Part shown: piece by piece, positions 16,814 through 26,285 of the stretch
Layout: every line of letters starts with the position of its first letter
How positions within the stretch are numbered: position 1 is the stretch's first letter
From: an uncultured Gammaproteobacteria bacterium
Lineage (GTDB): Bacteria; Patescibacteriota; Patescibacteriia; Magasanikbacterales; GWA2-37-8
Length of the DNA stretch: 64,000 bases
Direction of reading: 5' to 3'
Assembly (NCBI GenBank): GCA_964540825.1
Contig: CAZINT010000004.1
Location: 24,835-88,834 of the forward strand
The notes under the pieces: model-generated
Databases searched by the model: none
What the model saw: only the letters and a program-made list of their open reading frames with translations
Told to the model about the DNA's origin: nothing
Position numbers and translations under genes: made by a program

Positions 16814-19219
16814 ATGGAAAAAAACGAACTAAAAGGCAAGACAATTTTAGTAGTCCATGCTGGCAGCATTAAAAAACGTTTTGTTTTTCAGCGCCTCAAG
16901 AAGCTCGGCATGACTGTGGTTTGTCTTAATAAAGACAAAAACCCGCTTATGCTGCCGTACGTCGATCATTGGATTTTGGCCGATCTTAACAATTACAAAG
17001 AATGCATTCAAAGCGTTAAATCGTTCCTTGCTTCACACCCTAAAACAGGCATTGACGGCGTGTTTACGTTTTGGGAAGAAAGCGTCCTTTTAACCGCAAA
17101 AATTGTCGATGCTTTTGGTTTTATCGGAACCTCCTTTAGAGTCGCCAATACTGCACGCAACAAATACTTATTCCGTGAATTTTGCCAACAAAACGGGCTC
17201 CCCGCCCCACGACACCAAATTATTCGTACTCGTGAGGATACTAAAAAACTACACAAAGAACTTCGTTTTCCGCTCGTTATCAAGCCGCAATATGGCTCCA
17301 GCAGCGCTTTCGTGGTACGCGTCGAGAATAGTAAAGAGCTGGAGGAAGCCTACGACTTCGTTAAAAATAATATAAAATCGCACGAATATGCGCCCGATTG
17401 GGATACCCTTGAAGTATTCGTCGAAGAATATATTGATGGCGACGAGGTCGATGTTGATATTCTCCTTCAAAACGGTAAAATCAAATTTTATTGTATTTCA
17501 GATAATTATAATAAAACGCGTGATCGCTTTTTCGTTGATAACGGGCAAGCGATCCCTTCAAGCCTGCCTGAGAAAGAACAGAATGACCTGATTGCCATGG
17601 CCGAAGAAATTTTGGAAAAACTCAATATTCAAGACGGCTGCATTCACTTTGAAGCCAAATCAACGAAAAAAGGACCTGTGCCGCTTGAAATTAATATGCG
17701 CCTCGGCGGCGACTATATCCCGTCATACATTAAAGGCGCGTGGGGAATTGATTTGGTTGATTATATTGCTAAAATCGCTCTTGGCATTCATTTTAAAATC
17801 GAGAAACCCGCAACACCGCTTAAGTATATTATTGGGTGGGACATTTACCCCGAGCACTCCGGTATTTTGGTAGAGCTTAATATCGATGAACAGCTCCGCA
17901 AAAAAACATATATCGAAGACATGTATCTGGCCAAAGAAACGGGTGACGCAGTACTTTTGCCGCCTGAAGGCAACGATGGCCTGGGGTGGTTAACGGTATC
18001 GGGCGATAACCTGCTCGACGCTCAGGATAACTTAAAAGAAGCCCGAAAATATATTACTTATAAGGTGGTTGGTTTTGACACCGAATCAACGCTCGGTAAA
18101 ACTGCTCGGCAGAACAGACTGTCTGCTGCGGTTATGAATAAGCAGCTCCTCCTCAAGGCGTCAAAAATCGAAAAAGTGCGCCACTCATCACTGGAAAATC
18201 AACGTAATTTGCGTATCGGCATTATCGGCAACTTGCCCGAACTAGGCAGCAAACAAAGAGCGATCCCTACCGCCAGTATTGATATCGCCAAAGAACTTAA
18301 CCACATCGGCTACGCCACGACTGTTTTTGACTTCAACAATCTTAACCGCGCTATTAGTGAATTAAAACGCACTTCGGTCGACCTCATTATCAATGCTTCC
18401 GAAGGTATTAATAACGACCCTAAACTCAGGCCGCAGGCAGCCGCTATTCTTGAGGCCATGCAATTGCCTTTTACCGGATCGAGCTCGTTTAACACCTCTC
18501 TTTCGCGCGATAAAATTCGCACCAAAAAACTATTGACCTATCACAATATCCCCACACCGGCCTGGGATTATGCTTACACGCTGGAAGACACGATTGACGA
18601 AAACCTCCGCTATCCATTAATCGTCAAACCCGGCACAACAGATAACTCAAGCGGCATTACCAATAATTCGGTTGTTAAAAACAAACAAGAGCTTGAACGT
18701 GAACTCAGACGAATTATTGTTGAAATGGGTCAGCCGGCCTTGGTTGAAGAATATATTGAAGGAGACGAGTATTATGTTTCGATCCTCGGCAGCAGCAAAG
18801 AAGACTTTAAGGTACTGCCGCTTTCCCGCTCTATCTTTAAAAAGTTACCGTCAAAATACTGGCACATCTACTCAGAAGAAGCCAAGGAACAAACCAATCC
18901 TGTTTACAAAAAAATTATCGTTGAGCGCCCAGTAAAAAATATCAGCGCCAAGCTTGAGTCGCTCTTGACCGAGATCGCTCTTGATACCTACCAAATTTTA
19001 CACTGTCGTGATTATGGCAGCGTTGAAATTCGCGTCGATAAAGATGATAATCCGTACGTGCTTGAACTTAATCCGAACCCGACCCTCCATACACAATCGG
19101 CGATTGTAAAATCGGCCAAGTTAGTCAACCTTAATTACAGTCAGTTACTGGAAGAAATTATCAGACTTTCAATCAAACGATTCAAGAAAAAAACTATGTA
19201 TCCTACATTTCTTGAGTAA
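16814..19219 (+). CDS. Fusion of two ATP-grasp domains in one 801-aa protein: N-terminal L-amino-acid-ligase-like module, C-terminal D-Ala-D-Ala-ligase-like module
   Basis: N-terminal half: VIKPQYGSSS...VFVEEYIDGDE...EINMRLGG. C-terminal half: IVKPGTTDNSSGIT...LVEEYIEGDEYYVSILG...LELNPNP. Confidence 0.75.
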   Translation: MEKNELKGKTILVVHAGSIKKRFVFQRLKKLGMTVVCLNKDKNPLMLPYVDHWILADLNNYKECIQSVKSFLASHPKTGIDGVFTFWEESVLLTAKIVDAFGFIGTSFRVANTARNKYLFREFCQQNGLPAPRHQIIRTREDTKKLHKELRFPLVIKPQYGSSSAFVVRVENSKELEEAYDFVKNNIKSHEYAPDWDTLEVFVEEYIDGDEVDVDILLQNGKIKFYCISDNYNKTRDRFFVDNGQAIPSSLPEKEQNDLIAMAEEILEKLNIQDGCIHFEAKSTKKGPVPLEINMRLGGDYIPSYIKGAWGIDLVDYIAKIALGIHFKIEKPATPLKYIIGWDIYPEHSGILVELNIDEQLRKKTYIEDMYLAKETGDAVLLPPEGNDGLGWLTVSGDNLLDAQDNLKEARKYITYKVVGFDTESTLGKTARQNRLSAAVMNKQLLLKASKIEKVRHSSLENQRNLRIGIIGNLPELGSKQRAIPTASIDIAKELNHIGYATTVFDFNNLNRAISELKRTSVDLIINASEGINNDPKLRPQAAAILEAMQLPFTGSSSFNTSLSRDKIRTKKLLTYHNIPTPAWDYAYTLEDTIDENLRYPLIVKPGTTDNSSGITNNSVVKNKQELERELRRIIVEMGQPALVEEYIEGDEYYVSILGSSKEDFKVLPLSRSIFKKLPSKYWHIYSEEAKEQTNPVYKKIIVERPVKNISAKLESLLTEIALDTYQILHCRDYGSVEIRVDKDDNPYVLELNPNPTLHTQSAIVKSAKLVNLNYSQLLEEIIRLSIKRFKKKTMYPTFLE

Positions 19220-19228
19220 GGATATTCT

Positions 19229-20143
19229 ATGGAAATGCGCCCGCCAACAATTGACCTTATCTCCGACAAGTCTATTGCCGAAAAGCTCTGGAAACAGTTT
19301 AGCCCGGGAGAAACTATTTATGACGACTGGGATTTTCGAGAAACGTTTCACCGCTATTATCATAACGAATTATTTTTTTATACTGCGAATGTTGATGAAA
19401 AAATAGTCGCGCTCCTGCCGCTCCAGATGGGTGAAAATGGTACTACGCTCGAATTTTTTGGAGGCGACTACATGGAAGATAACCGCGTTTTTACCCTCCC
19501 CGGGTATGAATACTGCATTCCCCAGCTCTACAAACACCTCGACAAACCAAATGATTTAGAATTCATTCGCGGCACCGACCCGTACACGCAAACTTTTCCG
19601 ATCGTGGATTACAAATACGTACTCCCCCTCGATACGTTTAAGAGTAGCGACGACTATATCGAAGCCCAGTACCACGGCGAAACCAAAAAGAAATTCAAAA
19701 AACGTTTACGCAAAATAGACGAAACGAACCCGCAAATTTTAGTTAATAACTGGGAGGATTTGGAACTTCTTTTTAAACTCAATATCGACCAATTTAAAGA
19801 CGGGCCCCGGCACTCCATGTTTGCCCGCGAGCATCGCCAAGATATTTTTCGCGACTTGTGCAAACCACACAACACCTTCACCCCTCGCCTCCTTACTTTT
19901 GTAGTTAATGGAGAAAAGCAGGCTGTTTCACTCGCCTTACTTTATAACAAAAATTACGCTTCCATTAACACCGGCATCGTTGCTGAACCGCTGCCAAACC
20001 TCAAAGAATACATCCACATCAAAAAATTTGATGATGCGATTACACAAGGCTGTACGCTTTTTGATGCATTTGTGAGAGACTACGGATGGAAAGAAAAATG
20101 GGGTTTCAAAAAAATTCCTCAATACCAATTCAAAGCTTCCTAA
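19229..20143 (+). CDS. Paralogue 1 of a pair: putative FemABX/BioF2-like (GNAT-fold) aminoacyl/acyl-transferase
   Basis: 304 aa. About 35-40% identical by eye to the next ORF, with the same motif order (LEFFGG..MEDN, FPIxDYxY, HGETKKK..KR.RK, LLTF..NG.KQAV, DxGWK). The lysine/arginine-rich motif resembles the Fem-family RK motif. Family call is tentative. Confidence 0.4.
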   Translation: MEMRPPTIDLISDKSIAEKLWKQFSPGETIYDDWDFRETFHRYYHNELFFYTANVDEKIVALLPLQMGENGTTLEFFGGDYMEDNRVFTLPGYEYCIPQLYKHLDKPNDLEFIRGTDPYTQTFPIVDYKYVLPLDTFKSSDDYIEAQYHGETKKKFKKRLRKIDETNPQILVNNWEDLELLFKLNIDQFKDGPRHSMFAREHRQDIFRDLCKPHNTFTPRLLTFVVNGEKQAVSLALLYNKNYASINTGIVAEPLPNLKEYIHIKKFDDAITQGCTLFDAFVRDYGWKEKWGFKKIPQYQFKAS

Positions 20144-20178
20144 ATCACATTTTTAATATACCGCCCGCACGACCGTTT

Positions 20179-21087
20179 ATGTCTTTTACGATACAAAAAA
20201 TTACGGATCTTGAGGAAGCAAAAAAATATTGGAGCCTTTTGACTCCTGGCCAAACAATCTATGATGTTTGGGATTTTCGGTATTGCGCCTATGCATTCAC
20301 CAACCATGAATTGGCATTTTACGTTGGTTTTGAAGCCGAAGAGCCTGTCGGACTCCTCCCCCTCGAATACCATGGCTCTGCCAAATACTTGGAATTCTTT
20401 GGTGGTCGCTTTATGGAAGATAACAAAATCTTTTTAAAAAAAGGATACGAAGACAAAGCCCCTTACTTTTGGCAAGCGATCAATCTCCCCGCTCGACTTT
20501 CGTATATTACCGCAAGCGATTCTTTTGCCAGCACCTTCCCGATCTTAGATTATCGATATTCGCTTCCCTTAGCCGAATTGGGCAGTGTGGAAAATTATAT
20601 TCAAACCCGCTTTCATGGCGAAACTAAAAAAAAGCTTCTTAAACGCATCAGAAAGTTTGAATTTGAAAATGAAATTACGATACTCGAAAATCAATGGGAT
20701 GACTTAGATCTATTATTTTATTTTAACAAAGAAAAATTTAAAGCAGATTCTATTTTTCATTTTCCCTTCCGCGAAGCGCTTTTTAAAGAACTCGCGCATT
20801 CTCCATTTAGCCCTAAACTGCTTACCTTCATAATAAACGGTAAGAAACAAGCGGTCACTATGTCACTTGCCCACAAAAAAACCTATGTGTCCCTCAATTC
20901 AGGTGTGAGCGCTGAAGCGTCCAAAGATTTAAGCAGTTTTATGAGACTTAAAAAAATAGAGCACGCTTTCAAACACGGAATGACCTTGTACGATGCCTTG
21001 GCCAACGACTGTGGATGGAAGGACGCTTGGCACTTTGATAAATCTCCGCAATACGAGTGGAGGCGTGACTTGCCGCCAGAAAATTAA
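20179..21087 (+). CDS. Paralogue 2 of the Fem/BioF2-like putative transferase
   Basis: 303 aa; tandem duplicate of the 19229-20143 gene. Start chosen at ATG 20179, after the upstream stop. Confidence 0.4.
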   Translation: MSFTIQKITDLEEAKKYWSLLTPGQTIYDVWDFRYCAYAFTNHELAFYVGFEAEEPVGLLPLEYHGSAKYLEFFGGRFMEDNKIFLKKGYEDKAPYFWQAINLPARLSYITASDSFASTFPILDYRYSLPLAELGSVENYIQTRFHGETKKKLLKRIRKFEFENEITILENQWDDLDLLFYFNKEKFKADSIFHFPFREALFKELAHSPFSPKLLTFIINGKKQAVTMSLAHKKTYVSLNSGVSAEASKDLSSFMRLKKIEHAFKHGMTLYDALANDCGWKDAWHFDKSPQYEWRRDLPPEN

Positions 21088-22983
21088 TTACCCTTTAAGT
21101 TTCGTTAAGAAGGCCGCAACTGCAGGGTCTTCTTTTTTTGCACGCACGGTATCAATATAACTTTTAAGTTTTTCCGGTGTTCCTTCGGTGTAGAACGAAA
21201 CAACTTCGTCCGATAATTCAGCCAGCGCCCTAACACCGGCTTCAGCATCGCTTACCCGGTATTTATCACCTTCCAAAACCAATACTCCTTTTTCAATAAG
21301 GCGCGAAATCATTGCGAGACCGGCGGCGAAGTAAAACTCACCTGAAACACCCACTTGGCTCGGTTTATTTTTCAGGTAGTCACAAATATCCCCAAGTTTC
21401 GCCATAAACTGATTGCGGATATTGATATTGTGCGGATTGCCTTCAGCCATTGTTAGTGTTAGCAGTTTCATGTTGCCCGTATCAGCCTTCATTTCTTCAA
21501 TCGCTCTCGTGTGTGAACCGCTTCCCAGACGACCCTTAACTTTGGTGTCATAACGTGCCTTTGGGGTAAACTGGTGGCCTAGTTCATGCAAGGCATTGTC
21601 CAAAATTGAAGCCCGGTCAAATTCAGCTTCAGTAATTTCATCATGAAGAACACTCCGAAGCGCAGGGAGCGCCATAGTCGTCGTGACATCAAGCACGGCA
21701 TTGTTATGGGCCAAAATTCTTTCCCGCCCATCTTCGCCGCGCGTCATCCACGACAAATTCGGTGCATAGGCGACCGTTTGATAATTGGTAATCAATTTTG
21801 GAACGTGAGTTTCCTTATCAAAGAAGGCTTGATTTGATTGTAGTTTTTTATCAGCGAGGGCGCGGAAATAATCAATTATTGGTTCAATCTCTCTATTTTC
21901 TTTAGAAATAAAGCCCAAGCGTAGTTCCACGTCTACTTTTTCGGCATCACCCGCTACCCCGGGGTTGTCTTGTGGCACTATCATAAGCGGGCAGCCTGCT
22001 TCAGCAAGCGCGACCATCATTTTTTGTAGATTAATCCATTCCACACTCAAAGGTTTAGGGTCAGTCTTGCGCGAACCAAACTGTTCCCCTACCGCACGTA
22101 GATACGCGGCAAATTTGTCATATACTGCACCAAGTTTACCAGCCTTAACTTCAGCTTCAACACGATTTGCGAGCGTCTGCATTTTCTTTTCCAGCGCACC
22201 AAATTCATAAGGAAATACTTCGATATAGGGCAGGTGCGTAACTTCATCACTCTTCGGATCACGCTGAACATCATAGATATACTTAGCGCCATCTTGGGTG
22301 CCAAGCGTTGATTCGGCCGAGCCTCCCGGCGCATCGGCCATTTCGGTTTGTTTTATAAAAGCATGATCAACAAATTTACCGAGCTCGGCCGCCATATCAA
22401 CCAAGAGGTCGATCTCATTCACACTGTCAAAACCCCATTTCTTAATTATTTCTGAAGCATTAGCATCTTTTTTAAGACTGCGGAGCCAGTTTCTTTGAAC
22501 CGTTACTTCGGCCATTTGACGCTCGGCAGACATGAGCAATAACTCGCGCCATTCTTCTGGAAGGAACGTACGCATTGGTTCAAGCGCACCGAATTGACGA
22601 ATACGAAATTTTTCTCCGAGCACCGCTTCATTCTCGAGAATCACAACGAGCTTGGCTGCTTCCGGATCTTCATTTTCTCGCAAAATCTTAGCCCATGCCG
22701 CCGCCTTTTCAGCCAGCAGGGGCTGAACTTTTTTATTCCAATTTTCAGTAACGAGCCCTCGAGCCAAAGTAAAAAAATCTTCTAATCTTTCAATAGTAGG
22801 CGGCATCTCTTTCCAATCAGCCCCTTCTTTTCCGCCTTCTACAAGCAAACGCCGGACTTCTAAACCGGCATCAATATACTTTTGTACATCCGGGCTAACT
22901 GCTTTGTTTTTATGCAGCGGATCAAGCCGGCTCGCGCTGTCAATTTTCATTCCTTCTCCAAAACGAGGTTTTGCTTCTGACAT
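21088..22983 (-). CDS. Cytoplasmic 631-aa protein with a HExxH...E zinc-metallopeptidase-like motif
   Basis: HELGH followed about 30 aa later by IEEMKAD; no signal peptide; mostly helical. Convergent with the ATP-grasp operon, with zero intergenic distance. Confidence 0.45.
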   Translation of the reverse strand: MSEAKPRFGEGMKIDSASRLDPLHKNKAVSPDVQKYIDAGLEVRRLLVEGGKEGADWKEMPPTIERLEDFFTLARGLVTENWNKKVQPLLAEKAAAWAKILRENEDPEAAKLVVILENEAVLGEKFRIRQFGALEPMRTFLPEEWRELLLMSAERQMAEVTVQRNWLRSLKKDANASEIIKKWGFDSVNEIDLLVDMAAELGKFVDHAFIKQTEMADAPGGSAESTLGTQDGAKYIYDVQRDPKSDEVTHLPYIEVFPYEFGALEKKMQTLANRVEAEVKAGKLGAVYDKFAAYLRAVGEQFGSRKTDPKPLSVEWINLQKMMVALAEAGCPLMIVPQDNPGVAGDAEKVDVELRLGFISKENREIEPIIDYFRALADKKLQSNQAFFDKETHVPKLITNYQTVAYAPNLSWMTRGEDGRERILAHNNAVLDVTTTMALPALRSVLHDEITEAEFDRASILDNALHELGHQFTPKARYDTKVKGRLGSGSHTRAIEEMKADTGNMKLLTLTMAEGNPHNINIRNQFMAKLGDICDYLKNKPSQVGVSGEFYFAAGLAMISRLIEKGVLVLEGDKYRVSDAEAGVRALAELSDEVVSFYTEGTPEKLKSYIDTVRAKKEDPAVAAFLTKLKG

Positions 22984-23009
22984 ACAGGTAACCCTAGAAG
23001 TAAATAACT

Positions 23010-25985
23010 TTAAATCTTTTTGAGTGCCAAAAATAAATCCGGTACAGTTGATTTCTCATCTGCGCTCCCCGCTTCTAAAGTATCCGCAAGGACAGCGTCT
23101 TTAATCTGTTCACCGCAATCAACTACCACCTTGGCAAGCTCGTCGTTTGACGTAGTGTACCTGACCGCGATCCTATCTTCAATAGTAAATCCTTTTTCTT
23201 TACGTAGCTGATTGATCGCGCGGATAATATCGCGGGCTACACCTTCTTTTTTGAGCGCCTCGTCGATCGCTGTGTCGAGCCAGACTTTTACATCACCGTC
23301 TTCACGCAGCTTCCAGTTGTCACCGGTTACAACTTCACAGACATCGATTGTTTTAACATTCAATTCTTCGGCGATCATGATGTGTAACTCTTTGCTTAAG
23401 TGCTCGTTATTAATCGCGAGCGTATTCAGCGGTTGGCGAACTTTGAGTCCGGTCTCAGCGCGGAGCGCCAGCCCCAGTTCGACAATCTTACGTGCCACCA
23501 ACATTTCCTGAAGCACACCCTGATCATGATGTTCGTCGTGGAGTGCCGGCCAGTGTTCCAGGTGCACACTTTCTTTGGCCCAACCCTTGCCGCCGACTTC
23601 GTCAAAGCGCAATTCCTGATAGATCTTTTCAGCTATGAATGGCGTAAAGGGCGCAATTAATTTGGAGACCACAATTAATACTTCGCGCAAGGTATAGAGC
23701 GCATGATGTTTATCGAGTTCATCAGTGCCTTTGACGCGTTCGCGCGAACGGCGAACGTACCATTGTGAAAGTTCCGTAACGAAAGCAAGAAGCGGCCGGG
23801 CTGCTTCGGCCAAGCGGTAGGCTTCCATATTTTCGGTTACTTCACGAACAGTTTCGTGGAGCATGGCCATAATCCAACGGTCGAGTACATGCGCGGATTT
23901 ATACGGTTTTTGCGTTGGCAGGTCTTTGGCAAACAATTGGTAAAATTCAAAAACATTCCAAAGTGTATTTACCAGTTTGCCATACAATTCTTTAACCCCT
24001 TCTTCAGAAAAATTAAGGCTTTCCGCCGAAACAACCGGCGAACTGACTAAATAAAAGCGCATCGCATCCGCCCCGTATTTTTCGAGGACCATATTTGGGT
24101 CCGGGTAATTTTGGAGTTTCTTACTCATCTTTTTTCCGTCTTCGGCGAGCACGATACCGTTCACGATAACATTTTTATACGCCGGCTTCTCGAAAAGTGC
24201 GGTTGCGAGTACATGTAAGTAATAAAACCACGCCCGAGTTTGATCCTGGCCTTCGGCGATAAACTGAGCCGGGAAATTACTTTCAAACACTGCTTTATTT
24301 TCAAACGGATAATGCGCTTGGGCGTACGGCATACTCCCTGAATCAAACCAGGTGTCGAGCACATCGGGAATACGTTTCATCGTGCCACCACATTTTTCAC
24401 ACGGGAATGTAATAAGGTCAATAATATGTTTATGAAGGTCATCGACTTTCTGACCGCTTACTTTTTCTAATTCTGCAGCTGAACCAAACACAACCACATT
24501 GTCACATTTTTTTTCCTTCTGGTCACACATCCAAATCGGCATCACGCTCGCCCAAAAACGCTGACGGCTCACTGACCAATCGCGAGCGCCTTCGAGCCAC
24601 TTACCAAAACGTCCTTCTTTAATATGTTCAGGTGACCAGTTAATTTCTTTGGCCAGTTCAAGCGCCTTTTCTTTGACAGCAATGACTTTTACAAACCAGG
24701 ATGAAGTCGCATAGTTAATCAGCGGCGTATCGCATCTCCAGCAGTGCGGATAGCTGTGTACAATATTTTTTTTCGCCAAAAACGAACCCTTTTCTTGAAG
24801 ATATTTGGTAATGGCAATGTCCGAAGCAAGCCGGACTTTGTCGTCGTCGCTGCGCGGTTTCACTTCTTGTCCTGCAAAATCAGTGACTTCTGGTTTGAAA
24901 CGACCATCCATACCAACGTGTTGCACGAGCGGCAAACCTTCACGTTTCCCAACTTTAAAGTCATCGTCACCAAAGGCTGGAGCAATATGTACCACACCGC
25001 TACCGTCCTCGGCGGTAACAAAATCGGCCGTGACGACACGGAAAGCATTCGGAGTATCTTTGTAATACGGGAACAAGGGAGCATACGAAGCACCTGCCAG
25101 GAGCGCGCCCGTGACTTCAGCCAGAACAGAATATTTTTTACCTTCGAGCACCTCGGTGATACGATCTTTACCAATAATATACACACCGTTTTCATTCTCA
25201 ATCATACAAACCGCGTAGACCATTTCCGGGTTCACAGCAAGCAAAACATTGCCCGGAAGTGTCCATGGCGTTGTAGTCCAGGCAACCAGATAGACTTTCT
25301 GTTCACTAATAAACTTGCGATCCAGTTCGTTTGGAACATGTTGAAAAAGCTCGGGCGAATAGCTCGTAAGTTCAAATTTTACATAGAGCGAAATATCCTT
25401 CACATCCTTATACCCTTCGCTAACTTCTTGCTGCGACAACGTCGTTTCACAGCGCGGGCAGATATACATGGAACGATAATCTTCGTACACCAGCCCCCTG
25501 TCCCAGAGCTGCTTGAACACCCACCAGACCGACTCCATATAGTCCTTATCCATTGTGCGATAGGCATGATCAAAATCTACCCACCGACCGAGGCGGGTAA
25601 TCGTTTTTTTCCAGTCTTCCACATACCCCAGCACTTTGCTGCGGCAGAGTTCGTTAAATTTGGCGATGCCGAGTGCTTCAATTTCTTTCTTAGTTTTAGT
25701 TCCAAGTTCTTTTTCGACAATATTTTCAATCGGGAGCCCGTGACAATCCCAGCCCCAGCGGCGTTCCACGCGGTACCCCTTCATAGCCCAAAAACGCGGC
25801 ACCACATCTTTCATGAGCGACGAAACAAAATGACCATAGTGCGGCGTGCCGGTGGCAAACGGCGGACCATCATAAAAAACATACGGCTTGTCAGCCGGTT
25901 TTTCGGAAACGGATTTCTCAAAAATATGGTTTTCGGCCCAGAATTTGAGCACTTCATTTTCTTCGTTATTGGCGTTGTAGAGCAT
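23010..25985 (-). CDS. ileS: Isoleucyl-tRNA synthetase (type 2, eukaryote-like)
   Basis: PPFATGTPHYGH (HIGH class I) and KMSKKL; 991 aa. Start placed at MLYNANN: the upstream MRVFYFY codons are the U-tract of the T-box terminator. Confidence 0.95.
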   Translation of the reverse strand: MLYNANNEENEVLKFWAENHIFEKSVSEKPADKPYVFYDGPPFATGTPHYGHFVSSLMKDVVPRFWAMKGYRVERRWGWDCHGLPIENIVEKELGTKTKKEIEALGIAKFNELCRSKVLGYVEDWKKTITRLGRWVDFDHAYRTMDKDYMESVWWVFKQLWDRGLVYEDYRSMYICPRCETTLSQQEVSEGYKDVKDISLYVKFELTSYSPELFQHVPNELDRKFISEQKVYLVAWTTTPWTLPGNVLLAVNPEMVYAVCMIENENGVYIIGKDRITEVLEGKKYSVLAEVTGALLAGASYAPLFPYYKDTPNAFRVVTADFVTAEDGSGVVHIAPAFGDDDFKVGKREGLPLVQHVGMDGRFKPEVTDFAGQEVKPRSDDDKVRLASDIAITKYLQEKGSFLAKKNIVHSYPHCWRCDTPLINYATSSWFVKVIAVKEKALELAKEINWSPEHIKEGRFGKWLEGARDWSVSRQRFWASVMPIWMCDQKEKKCDNVVVFGSAAELEKVSGQKVDDLHKHIIDLITFPCEKCGGTMKRIPDVLDTWFDSGSMPYAQAHYPFENKAVFESNFPAQFIAEGQDQTRAWFYYLHVLATALFEKPAYKNVIVNGIVLAEDGKKMSKKLQNYPDPNMVLEKYGADAMRFYLVSSPVVSAESLNFSEEGVKELYGKLVNTLWNVFEFYQLFAKDLPTQKPYKSAHVLDRWIMAMLHETVREVTENMEAYRLAEAARPLLAFVTELSQWYVRRSRERVKGTDELDKHHALYTLREVLIVVSKLIAPFTPFIAEKIYQELRFDEVGGKGWAKESVHLEHWPALHDEHHDQGVLQEMLVARKIVELGLALRAETGLKVRQPLNTLAINNEHLSKELHIMIAEELNVKTIDVCEVVTGDNWKLREDGDVKVWLDTAIDEALKKEGVARDIIRAINQLRKEKGFTIEDRIAVRYTTSNDELAKVVVDCGEQIKDAVLADTLEAGSADEKSTVPDLFLALKKI

Positions 25986-26217
25986 ATAAAAATAAAAAAC
26001 ACGCACAAATTTGGCGTGTCGAGAGCCCCTTAGGGCGGTACCATCTCGGCATTATTACTTAATTTGCAGCTGTAACGGGCTTGCCCGGAATAGTCTACTT
26101 TTGGCTTCATAGAGCCAATTTCTTTACTCAGCAGCCCACCAAAAGTAGTGAGTTCCGGGTGATAGCCCGGAAATCTGCCTCTAGGCTTAGTATAGATAAA
26201 AAAACATCAAACGTCAA
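25986..26217 (-). ncRNA. T-box riboswitch leader of ileS (transcription-termination type)
   Basis: All on the minus strand. Promoter TTGACG-17-TATACT (plus 26212-26217 and 26189-26194). A small hairpin CCGGG-CUAUCA-CCCGG displays AUC-A, an Ile codon plus the following purine. The T-box consensus AAUGCCGAGAUGGUACCGCCC forms an antiterminator with the 7-nt bulge UGGUACC (helix CGAGA/UCUCG, GCCC/GGGC). It is followed by terminator ACACGC...GCGUGU and a U9 tract ending at the ileS ATG. Confidence 0.65.
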
Positions 26218-26285
26218 TAATTAATTTAGTTGCTATGCCGCGACTAAATTGATATACTAAATTTTATATTCTAAGGGAAAACTGT

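Noticed and set aside
16814-19219. Possibility that the double ATP-grasp protein is carbamoyl-phosphate synthetase large subunit (CarB)
   Set aside because: CarB signature motifs (GGQTALN, EMNPRVSRSSALASKATG) are absent, and the protein is about 270 aa shorter. The motifs fit L-amino-acid-ligase and Ddl-like ATP-grasp modules instead.
25986-26006. N-terminal MRVFYFY extension of the ileS ORF
   Set aside because: These codons are the U-tract and 3' arm of the T-box terminator. The true start is the next ATG (MLYNANN), which aligns with IleRS N-termini.
24744-26033. 429-aa ORF on the plus strand
   Set aside because: It is an antisense shadow inside ileS with a low-complexity translation.
26021-26045. 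T-box-like motif read on the plus strand toward rpiB
   Set aside because: GGTACC is palindromic, so a partial match appears on both strands. Only the minus-strand reading gives the antiterminator and terminator, an AUC specifier, a promoter, and a cognate aaRS gene directly downstream.
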